This document shows positions 1-9,848 of a stretch of 53,432 nt of DNA, piece by piece. The notes beneath the pieces were generated by a model that searched no databases, was not told where the DNA came from, and saw only the letters and a program-made list of their open reading frames with translations. The DNA is from Proteromonas lacertae (Eukaryota), in NCBI GenBank assembly GCA_002245135.1, contig NGBS01000921.1, positions 1 through 53,432 on the forward strand, in the 5' to 3' direction. Positions within the stretch are counted from its first letter, which is position 1. Each line of letters starts with the position of its first letter. The translations under genes were made by a program, and so were the position numbers.

Positions 1-771
1 TGATTCTTTATTGCATCTTTTTTAAATCCAATAATTTCACTATAATCTCTACTAATTGTGATATTTTAAACCATCTTTGTTGTATCATAAACATCTCATA
101 ATGTTATTTGTATCATTACAAAATCTAAATATTTAGATAATCTTTTATTTCTAAATCATCAAAACAATATTTATAATGTGGATCATGTTTATCGTTTAAT
201 TGATTGCTATCTAATTGATTCAATTTATTCTGTATCCAAGAATACATTCTAACCCATTCATGCTGGTTTTTTGGCAAATATATTATCAATATTATCTGTA
301 AATGACTGAAATCTTCTTTTTAATTGTTCTTCTAGATTTGAGAGTTAGTATGTTTTATTCTATCTTCAAACCAATAACCATTTCTTATATAATTTCCCCA
401 TAATATTTTCATTATATACCCATTATATCTTTCATAGCTATCATATGTATTGTTGAAAAATGGGAACATAGTATGCTATGTAATCTAATTGGTTTAATAA
501 TTCTTTTAAATTCATTAAAAAGTATTTCTTTTTTGGTGAATTTCTATTCATTTCATCTTTATAATACCTTAGAAATGTTATTAAAGGATTAAAAATAACA
601 TCGCAAATTGATGTATCAATTTCATCTTCACAGACACTATCAATCCATTTGTATAAATTTAAATATAAATTAGATACTTGTTCTTCTGAAATATTACAAG
701 ATATATTTTTACTATTATTATCAATAGGTGTTATATTATCATATTCATATTTTATTATCGATTTGGTTCAT
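1..771 (-). pseudogene. Disrupted orphan ORF (several frameshifts/stops), runs off the left edge
   Basis: Long minus-strand stretches read as plausible protein (KYEYDNITPIDNNSKNISCNISEEQVSNLYLNLYKWIDSVCEDEID...; ...HEWVRMYSWIQNKLNQ...) but change frame repeatedly. No GT-AG intron repairing the shifts was found. Confidence 0.4.
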
Positions 772-895
772 GGTATTAGATATAAGTATATTTAACCCAA
801 TTTTACAAGAAAAAATGAAATATAAATTGTTAAGAAAATTAAATAGATTTTATGTAATAACTGTTACGCATTTCCTTTAACAACTTTATTCTGAT

Positions 896-1630
896 TTAAG
901 TATCTATTATTTTATCTTTTCTTCTGCATTCTATACATTTTGAAAATAAATCATTTGTTTTGTTATAAATACCCATTTCTTCATATTTTCTTATCTCGCC
1001 ACAGTAAGAACATCTATTCATTCCTTCTGGGAGTATTTCAGCTAGTGATCTGCCATCAACTTTGTTTTTACCATACTTCTTATTATTGTTATATTTATTT
1101 GCTTTAGAAATTCTGCAAGTTGGACAAGTTGAGTAAGGTTTGTTTGATTTCATATTAATTCCCATAATGCTTATGTGATACATCATGTGACATGATGAAC
1201 ATGCATACATATTTATTAGTATTGTTATTTCCAATGATTATGCTATCATGTAATTGATTTGAAATATTATTATTATTTATTTTAGCTCTTTTTTCCTTAT
1301 AATAATTCATTCTGTTGCGATATTGACAAGCTTTACATATATTACCATATTCACCATTTTTTCTAATAGCTATTTGATGTTCATTTATTATTTTATTGCA
1401 GCTTGCACATTTAATAAAATCTTTATTATTATGAGCATTTGACTCCAACAATTTACAGGTTTTTTTATTCGATTTATTAACAACATTATATTGATAATCA
1501 AGACGAGCACACTCTTTGTTTATTTTTTATCATTTTCAATGTCTCTATCAGTATCATCATCACTACTGCTATCACTATCATTTACATATTCTTTTAATAA
1601 ATTATATAATTCACTAATTTTTCTTTTCAT
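896..1630 (-). CDS. CxxC-CxxC zinc-ribbon repeat protein (3 units), broken by two frameshifts
   Basis: ATG at 1630 (MKRKISELYNLLKEYVNDSDSSSDDD) shifts at an A6 run (~1523-1528) into the 1155..1451 frame (CASC...CKAC). A second shift near 1210-1250 leads into the 896..1234 frame (CSSC...CPTCR, CSYC...CIECR). Confidence 0.6.
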
Positions 1631-1807
1631 AACTATTATAATAATGTATTATGATATAAGAAATTTGGAAATAAAAATATTTCCATAAAATACAATTAAA
1701 CGAATTAAATAATAGTATAACTTAATCATTATTTTTATTACTTAGAAGATCATTTATTTCATTTAAAAATCTACTACTAAATACAATAAATAATTCATTA
1801 TTTCTAG

Positions 1808-2365
1808 TTATTCTTGGTAAAGTTTTGTTTTTTCAATTACATTCATTTCATTTATAATATTTGTAACATATTTATAGCATTTAATGCAGATATTGCCATG
1901 AATATATTTTTGTTTACAATTATACATTTCATCACAGAACAAACATTTGCATTTAATGTATTCTTCTTTTTTATCTATCTTTCTTCCATTCTTTTTGTTT
2001 ATCTTAATGCTATTCTTTGATTTATCTCTACACTCTATGCAACATTGATTGACACTTCCTGTTACTTTATTTTTACCCATTTCATCAAATGGTTTTGATT
2101 TTTTGCATAAGACACATCTTGCATAACCTGTTTCTGTTTCATCTGTTTTACATTTAAAGTTAATATTAGATTTATCTCTACATTTAGGGCATATATGATA
2201 ATATTTATTCCATCTGTTCTTACCCATTTCCCAATATTGGTATACTTCTTTGCATCTTGAACATTTGATGCTTTCATCAGCTTTTGTATAATATGGCACT
2301 TCTATACCATTGTATTTATTATTAATTGCAATTATATCATTATTATCATCATTTATAGAATTCAT
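1808..2365 (-). CDS. CxxC-CxxC zinc-ribbon repeat protein
   Basis: Intronless 185 aa: CSRC...EMGKN...CPKCR, CVLC...EMGKN...CIECR, and a shorter CLFC...CIKC unit. Confidence 0.75.
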   Translation of the reverse strand: MNSINDDNNDIIAINNKYNGIEVPYYTKADESIKCSRCKEVYQYWEMGKNRWNKYYHICPKCRDKSNINFKCKTDETETGYARCVLCKKSKPFDEMGKNKVTGSVNQCCIECRDKSKNSIKINKKNGRKIDKKEEYIKCKCLFCDEMYNCKQKYIHGNICIKCYKYVTNIINEMNVIEKTKLYQE

Positions 2366-2626
2366 TAATATATATTAATAATACACTTAAGAAAATAAAA
2401 ACTAAATTCATAAAGATATCTAGTATAACATATATATAAATACGTACTACTCATTGATTATTGGATGTTTGCATTATAGATTTAAAAATATAAATAATAA
2501 ATCATTTATATTTTTCTCGATATAGTATAATCAATCTATATGCCTGACACAATAACACATATTTAAGACCGAGTGGTTTAAATAGAAAATGGGTGATAAA
2601 AGGTGTAATAAAAAACATTATAGAAG

Positions 2627-3313
2627 ATGAAAGATGATGATAAATATATCATTTCTATTAGAATTGATAAAGACTTTAGACTTATTTATTGGAATTTGTC
2701 TGAGTATGTTGAACTTAAAAGAAACCAATATGTTAAAGAATTAGAAGATACTGAAGATTATCATGGAAATTATTTTGTAAGAGATATTGTTAGTGACTGG
2801 TTTAAAGGTCAAGGTAAAAGTGTCCCATCAACAATCAAAATAAAATATGGATTTGATTCTTTTATATTGTGGAAAGATCAGTTATCTTTTCATGATATTA
2901 AAGGTGAGATGAGTATTTATGATAGAATTTGTTATGAACTAATTGATACATATTTAGAAGTAAAACATAATGAAGCTAAAGATATAGCATATGTATATGT
3001 AAAACACAAATTATTAGAAGATGGTTTTTCTGTTTATGATGATGATAAATATTTACTTGAAGATTTAAAATATTATCCTAAAGATACTGAAGAATTAATT
3101 GAAGAGTCATGTATAAAATGTAGAAGAAACATGAAAGGTGATGAATCTTATTCACCACAGTATGGTCCTGTCAGATATGGTAAAGGTTCATTAAATAAAA
3201 GATATAAGAGAAAATTTGATTTGAAAAAGTTATCAAAAATTAATAAAAAGTTTAAAAAAGATCATGAAAATGATGATATTTTATTTCAATTAGATGATTG
3301 GGAATTTGATTAA
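2627..3313 (+). CDS. Hypothetical protein (orphan, intronless)
   Basis: 228-aa ORF in very AT-rich DNA with normal globular composition; no recognised motif. Confidence 0.65.
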   Translation: MKDDDKYIISIRIDKDFRLIYWNLSEYVELKRNQYVKELEDTEDYHGNYFVRDIVSDWFKGQGKSVPSTIKIKYGFDSFILWKDQLSFHDIKGEMSIYDRICYELIDTYLEVKHNEAKDIAYVYVKHKLLEDGFSVYDDDKYLLEDLKYYPKDTEELIEESCIKCRRNMKGDESYSPQYGPVRYGKGSLNKRYKRKFDLKKLSKINKKFKKDHENDDILFQLDDWEFD

Positions 3314-3450
3314 AACTATATATGGTATTATGATTTAAATAAATATAAACTAACTTTAATAATATACTAAAAATATTCATTTTGGGAGTTAATGTTACGA
3401 CTAACACAATATAATAATATCAGAATGAGACTAATTAATTGAGACATTAA

Positions 3451-3807
3451 TTAATGATATAATCCGTAGATTACTTTGTCTAAGTCCAATCCAAATTTTT
3501 CTTTTATTTCTTTTTTTGCTTTTATATCATGCTTTGTAATGTACCTATCCATTAGTTCATCAAATTCTTCTGGATCCTCGCTGTAAATGAATCCTTCATC
3601 TTATCCGTTCCTAGCTCGTATATTATGTCTTCTTCTTTTTTCTCTCAATTTTTCATCTTTAACATGTTTTAGCATTTCATTATATCTCAATTGATCAGCT
3701 AAAGATTCAGATTGCGGTTGTTGCTCGTTTGACTGAGAAAATATTTTTCTTTTTAGTGATTCAAATATTGTGTATAACCATGATAAAAACTTATATGAAC
3801 TCTGCAT
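3451..3807 (-). pseudogene. Orphan ORF with one in-frame TAA at 3601-3603
   Basis: The 68-aa ORF continues in the same frame after TAA for 49 codons (DEGFIYSEDPEEFDELMDRYITKHDIKAKKEIKEKFGLDLDKVIYGLYH*). Confidence 0.5.
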
Positions 3808-3943
3808 TTTATAAACAAAAAATAAAAATAACTAAAGAAAACATGGAATAATACTTTTTGTATATTATACAGATGATTTTACCCAATAGTATAATACATT
3901 ATATAGAATCAATAAACTTAAAATTATAATTACATGCGTATTG

Positions 3944-4837
3944 TTACCATATATCACTTAAATTTAACATATCATTACATAGAATTGGACTAAATTCAAT
4001 ATTATTTGAATCATCATATGAGTTTGAATAAATTTCACATCCTCTGTATTGATTAAGGTGTTGCTGCAATGTCTCTATTTTATCTTTTATATTCTCTATA
4101 TTAGTTTCGTTTTCATTAACAATTAGATTATTCTTTGTATCTTCAATATTTGTTTTATGAAATGTATTTATAGGCAATACAGGTGGCTGATTAATTAAAT
4201 CATCAATATTAATATTTTCTTGGCTTTTTGATTCAATTTGGTCTATCTGAAGATAGTCTTTTTGTTGCGCAGAATCTATTTCATTTGATATATTCTTAGA
4301 AGAATCATTTATGTTTTTTCTTTTAGTGTTTCTCTTTCTCTTGATGGAGTTATCATTATTAGAATTTCTTTTTCTTTTAATGTTAAATAATATTTTTGAA
4401 TCAATATTAATATTATTGCCTACGCTAACAGGCGGTATATTTAATGCATCATCAATTTCCTCAAAAATAATATTATTTATATAACTATTATTATTCACTA
4501 AAGATGTAAAGAAATTATTAAGAGCATTAATATATCTTGAAATGGCATATTCGCTATATACTGATGAATCATTCTTATTGTAACAATTATTTATCTTTTC
4601 TTCTATAAATTTATAAACATTATCAGATAATATTAACAATTTCTTCCATTGAGTTACATTAACATTATTGTATAAAGTATCATCTTTTTCTTTGGAATAG
4701 CAACTTCTTTTGGTGTTTATGACATCTCCATCTTCTTTACATAATGCATTATCATGCTTGTTTGTTGAAGCAATAGAATGAAGAATATTTGATTCATCAT
4801 TGCTACTAATGTTATTATAATTTGGTTCTGAATTCAT
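3944..4837 (-). CDS. Asn-rich hypothetical protein with NLS-like basic clusters
   Basis: Intronless 297-aa ORF containing KRKR...KRKR...KRK. Confidence 0.65.
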   Translation of the reverse strand: MNSEPNYNNISSNDESNILHSIASTNKHDNALCKEDGDVINTKRSCYSKEKDDTLYNNVNVTQWKKLLILSDNVYKFIEEKINNCYNKNDSSVYSEYAISRYINALNNFFTSLVNNNSYINNIIFEEIDDALNIPPVSVGNNINIDSKILFNIKRKRNSNNDNSIKRKRNTKRKNINDSSKNISNEIDSAQQKDYLQIDQIESKSQENINIDDLINQPPVLPINTFHKTNIEDTKNNLIVNENETNIENIKDKIETLQQHLNQYRGCEIYSNSYDDSNNIEFSPILCNDMLNLSDIW

Positions 4838-4945
4838 GTTATAAATAATAAATAGTTTGTAAGAAAAAGACTAGTGAAATTAATATGAAAATATAAAAGA
4901 AACTAATAAAATGAATAAATGAAAACCAATGTTTTTATATAAGTG

Positions 4946-5659
4946 TTATATAGCTTTTTTATTTAGTTTATGCAAATAATGTCTTACACATTTATGACAC
5001 TTATTATTATACTGCATCTTTGCTTTGTGTTTTATTTTTCTGCAAATATAACATCTCTGTTCATCATCACTTAATTCTTCATTAGAATATCTCTTTCTAT
5101 TATATAAATAATTTTGTTGAAATTTAAAACACATTTTACATAAATCTTTTATAACAAATGCATTATATTTATCATTATAACATCCATCACAGTTAAAACA
5201 TCTAAATTTATCATCAATAGCTGCATCTTCCATATTAATATCAGATAATTCATTTTCTATAATATTATTAGAAGCTTTTTCTCTTTTATATTTTCTGCAA
5301 GTACTACACATTTTATATTCTTTACCTTTTTCATTCTTAAAATCATCTATTGGTTTATTTTTATTACATCTTGAGCATATTTTAGGTCTGCTAACTAAAT
5401 TATAAGGAATTGTATTTGAATCATTTTCATCATTTATATCTTTTATATCAGTATCAGATATTTCATTTTTTATTTTTCTATAATTAGAAACACTTATTCT
5501 TTTTTCTTCTCTGCATTTGCTACACATTTGACATTGTTTACCTTTGTCATTCATAAAATCATTTATTGGATAATATTGATTACATTTTCGACATTTATTA
5601 TCTCTTCTTTCTAAATCAAATGGATTTGTATTTGAGTCATTTTCAAGAATTGGATTCAT
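4946..5659 (-). CDS. CxxC-CxxC zinc-ribbon repeat protein (4 units)
   Basis: CRKC..PINDFMNDKGKQCQMCSKCR, CSRC..PIDDFKNEKGKEYKMCSTCR, CFNC...CKMC and CYIC...CHKC. Confidence 0.75.
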   Translation of the reverse strand: MNPILENDSNTNPFDLERRDNKCRKCNQYYPINDFMNDKGKQCQMCSKCREEKRISVSNYRKIKNEISDTDIKDINDENDSNTIPYNLVSRPKICSRCNKNKPIDDFKNEKGKEYKMCSTCRKYKREKASNNIIENELSDINMEDAAIDDKFRCFNCDGCYNDKYNAFVIKDLCKMCFKFQQNYLYNRKRYSNEELSDDEQRCYICRKIKHKAKMQYNNKCHKCVRHYLHKLNKKAI

Positions 5660-5748
5660 TCTTTTATTTTAATAATCAAAAAATACAAGAAAAAAGAAAA
5701 TGAAAATCTTATCGAAAAATTCAATTATAAAATAAAGACAAAACAAAG

Positions 5749-6067
5749 TTCTCACTGATTATTCAATTTTTCTATTTCATCAATATATTAAATCTTCTTC
5801 TTTTAACTTGATATTATCAATAATAGAATCTTATACATAGACAAATATAATAGATCAAAAATAATAAAGATTATATATATACAGATCATACTATGATAGA
5901 TGAATTTTCTCACTGATTATTCAATTTTTCTATTTCATCAATATATTAAATCTTCTTCTTTTAACTTGATATTATCAATAATAGAATCTTATACATAGAC
6001 AAATATAATAGATCAAAAATAATAAAGATTATATATATACAGATCATACTATGAGAGATGAATTTTC
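5749..6067. repeat. 158-bp direct tandem duplication (2 copies, one mismatch seen)
   Basis: ctcactgattattcaatttttc... starts at 5751 and again at 5909. The copies differ at atgataga vs atgagaga. Confidence 0.95.
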
Positions 6068-6111
6068 AATATAAAACAATTTCAAATTATAGTAAGTATT
6101 GATAATAAAAG

Positions 6112-6765
6112 TTAATTATTTTTTATCTGTAATACCTTCTTAGTGATATTCTTCAACAGTTTTGTATCTAAGTTATGATGCTTAAACAACTTATCTTCCA
6201 ACTCCTTCTTCTTAAAAACTGTATCATAATACCTTTGAAGATCCAAAGCTAAATTTACGTCAGCTGCTGCTTTGAACGATAACTCTTCTCTGGCAGCCTT
6301 TGCTCTCTTTCTTCCGTTTCTAATTCTATTACCAACTAAACTCTCGTTTCTCAGCTTCTTTATCTCCTCATAAGTTAAAGTGTCCTGTGGTGGAGGAGGC
6401 TCTTGAACAGTAAAGTTGATTAAACGCCTAACATTCGATTCTGTATCAGGTGGAGTTGTTGGTGAGTATAATGGTGATTCATCTTTTGGTGGCTCACCAT
6501 TGGGTGATTCAATCTTAATAGATAAACCATAAGGGTTGAAGGGATTGAATGGACGACCTGTGACTGGTATACCTATGAATTATAATATAATATAAGTTAT
6601 ACTATATTTTGGTCTTTTGATACCAGCAGCCTTATCTTCTAAATAAATTGTCTTACAAATTTTTCTGATTTTAGGATTAGAGATACTATCAATATCTCTC
6701 TCATAATCACTATCTGTATCACTATCACTATCAGATACGTAAACAATTTGATGTAAGTGAGACAT
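6112..6765 (-). CDS. Hypothetical ~207-aa protein (acidic SD tract, Pro-rich middle, basic helical C-terminus), 2 exons
   Basis: A 30-nt GT-AG intron at 6573-6602 joins ORF 6580..6765 to an open frame (SIPVTGRPFNPFNPYG...RNGRKRAKAAREEL...IKNN*) that the ORF track misses. Confidence 0.75.
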
Positions 6766-6967
6766 GTTAATAAAGCAAAAAATATTTTATGCTGAAAAGT
6801 TCAGGAAAATGTCGAATGAATTCAAGATGCAATTTTTATATTGTTAAAATAAAATTGATTTATTTGATGATTTATCATTCATTTGATAAATTCTTGATGT
6901 TTTTGATGATTTATGCATCAAATATTATAAAAAAATAATTACATAATAATGATTAAATAGATCTAAC

Positions 6968-6982
6968 TAGGGTTAGGGTTAG
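6968..6982 (+). repeat. Short interstitial telomere-type motif (TTAGGG x ~2.5)
   Basis: TAGGGTTAGGGTTAG, preceded by CTAAC; the only such run noticed in the window. Confidence 0.75.
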
Positions 6983-7289
6983 TGACTTATAGATGTAGTG
7001 AGCTGTTCTACTACGGGGCTTTGCTACTGTAGAGAAAAACTATAGATTTGTACAGCTATACTGATTATGATGTAGAACTTTTCCGCAAAATTATTCAACA
7101 GAACTGGATATTTTGGGTATAGGAACACTAAATATCCTGTTTATTCATATCCTCTATAATATATGAATTGAGTATTAATGTCTTTATCACACCTTCTGCA
7201 ATTGAATTAAATCACATTTTAATTTTTGGGTTATTCAAAATTTTGATAAAAATCAAATTTCGTTATTTTTGTTTTATATTTACATAAAG

Positions 7290-9419
7290 ATGATAATAAA
7301 AGTGAATAAAAGCATAAGAGAAGAGGGGCATATTTTGTATTTATTTTTATGATAGATTATGTCGAAAATTGGTAGAAAGTGGTTTTGGTGATATAGAAGT
7401 GAAGATTGGAGATAATCGAATAATGTCAATCAAGTCAATTTTAGTGAATGGAAATGAAACAGTAAAGAAACTGTTGTTAGATCGTGAGTTTGTTGGAGTT
7501 TTAGAGTTATATGAAGAAATAGAAGAAATTGGCTATTATGAGATGGAGAAATACTACAGTGGTGGTGAATTGATAATCTGTAAAGATACTGTATGTGAAG
7601 TGTTGATGTTTTGTTTATGTTATTGTGAAAAGGAGATAATAAATGATTGTTATGAATTTGTGAAGAATAATATAGATGATGAAGTATTAATGAAATTAAT
7701 TCATATATGTAATGTATTTGGTGGATGTTTGAGAGAGATAGAAGACTTGAAAAATATGGAAATAGAAAAGCGAGGATATAAATATTTATATAATAATGAA
7801 TATTTGTTGAGATTAGAAATGAATAATTTGATCGAGATATTAAATATGAAAGATGTGATAATAGTGAATGAGTTATGGTTATTAAATCGGTTATTGGAAT
7901 GGTATAAATTCCAAAAGAATGAGAAATATGACAATAAAGAGATTAAAGCAGATTTTAAACAATTGATAGAAGAAGATATCGATTGTGAAAAGATAAAAGA
8001 GAAAGAGATAGAAAAAGAGAATAAAGAAATGTTGAAAGAGATGAAAATAGAATTAAAGAAAAATGAATGTAAGAATCATATAGAAATATATTGTATAAAA
8101 GATGATAGAATTCAAAATGTAATAATCAACAAATACAATGAAGATAAAGATGAAGAAGAATTTAAAGAAGAAGAAAGAAGAATATTGGATAAAATGGAAG
8201 AAGAAGAATTGAATGATGAAATAATGTGTATATTAGAAATGAATAATATAAAAATAATCGAAATAGTATTGATGATAATGAAATACAAAAATATGAAAAT
8301 GGAAAGTATAAATACTAAAAATATATTTAAATAGAATATATCTCAAATATCGAAAAGAGAACTATGTTGGATAGATTATATATAGAATATAATGAGAATA
8401 AAAGAAATCGAACAATGAAATGTTTATGTTTATTCATTGAGATTAAAAAGAGTGTTTCAATAATAGAAGAAGTATGTGGAAAAGGAATTCTTTATAGAAT
8501 ATTGAATGAAGATAATTATTTAAACTCCAAATCTAAAGAAATATTAATAGAATATATAAAAGAGAATAAATTGAGTTTAGAAGAAGAAGAAGAAATGATT
8601 GTAATAATAAAAGATAAAGAATTATTGAAAGAATTAAAAACAAAAGAAATCACATCATTCTCATATCCTCAATCAGAATATTCATTTGGATTAAATGAAG
8701 AAATATCAATAATTCCTTTATGTGATGGAAATCGATGTGAATTTTCAATCAATCCTTCATTGCCAGATGGTTTAATGATAGATAAAGAGAGTGGAATAAT
8801 TCATGGAAAAATGAACAAAGAAATCAAAAAGAGAGAATATGAAATAATATGTAAGAATATTGTAAATGAAAAGATATTGATAATATCATTAGAATTTCAG
8901 ATTAAATTCACAGAATTAAACAAATGTGATGGAATATCAATATCAAATAATGGAAAAATAATAACAAATACAGTTTATCAGTGGAGTCATTGTTATTTGA
9001 ATTTGAAAATGGAAAATGGAATATATCATATCAAATATAAATTTCATCAAAATGGAAGTGAATATGATAGTATGATATTAGGATTATCAACAAATAATAC
9101 ATATTCTGGTTATAGTATTTATGAACAATCAACAGTATGTATATATGTTGCATATGGTGGTAAAAGTCATGATATTACTTCATATTGTCATATTGGAAGA
9201 GTTGTTAAATCAAATCCTCATTTCAATCATGGAGATGGCTCAATTTATGAAGTAATTGTTGATATGAATAAAAGAGAATTTTGGATTAGTCATAATAATT
9301 CATCTCCAGTTTTACTTGTTAAAGATTTACCTTCTCCATTATTTACATATTCTGCACTATTTAGAATTAATACATCAGTCGAATTATTATCATTTCTCAG
9401 CCGAATTAGTCTTAATTAA
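7290..9419 (+). CDS. BTB/POZ-BACK protein with putative Ig-like (He_PIG-type) repeat and SPRY/B30.2-like C-terminus
   Basis: FGDIEVKIG...YYSGGELII BTB pattern, NELWLLNRLLEW BACK pattern, FSINPSLPDGLMIDKESGIIHG Ig-type motif and IYEVIVDMNKREFWISHN SPRY-like motif. Introns at 7328-7355 and ~8307-8334 join the ORFs in frame. Confidence 0.75.
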
Positions 9420-9848
9420 ATACTTATTTTTTTATATATATTATTATTTTAACTAATTGGTAAATCATTATTTCAACATCTTTTCAATCTTTTAATATAA
9501 CTTTTATATTGCAAATAATATTCTATCTACAACTACTGTGTAACTATTTCATATTAAAATACATCCTTTCTCATTACGTTTACACATATATTACCTAAAC
9601 ACAACAACACTTTGTCGATTAAGTAAGTAATAAATTATTAATAATAAAAATTGATTTTTTCATATTCACTTATTCTAGGAAAATTTCATGATGGTTATAT
9701 TTAGCTGATTTTCATTGAATAATGTGATTTGTTGTTTGTTGGTTTGATTAGAATTCTCAGTATTCACAATTCAGCTTTTTTAAATTTTTGGGATAATTAT
9801 TGAAATATATTCGTTGTTTTTACAGTAAAGTTTTTTTGATTTTTCTTT

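Noticed and set aside
2566..2600. tRNA-Ser/Leu D-arm-like string ACCGAGTGGTTTAA
   Set aside because: No acceptor stem, anticodon arm or T-arm (GTTCRA) follows.
5749..6067. CRISPR array or LTR pair
   Set aside because: Two adjacent 158-bp copies with no spacers, no internal region and no TG...CA ends.
6960..6975. Helitron 3' end (CTAG)
   Set aside because: There is no GC-rich subterminal hairpin before the CTAG, it is not followed by T, and no Rep-helicase is in the window.
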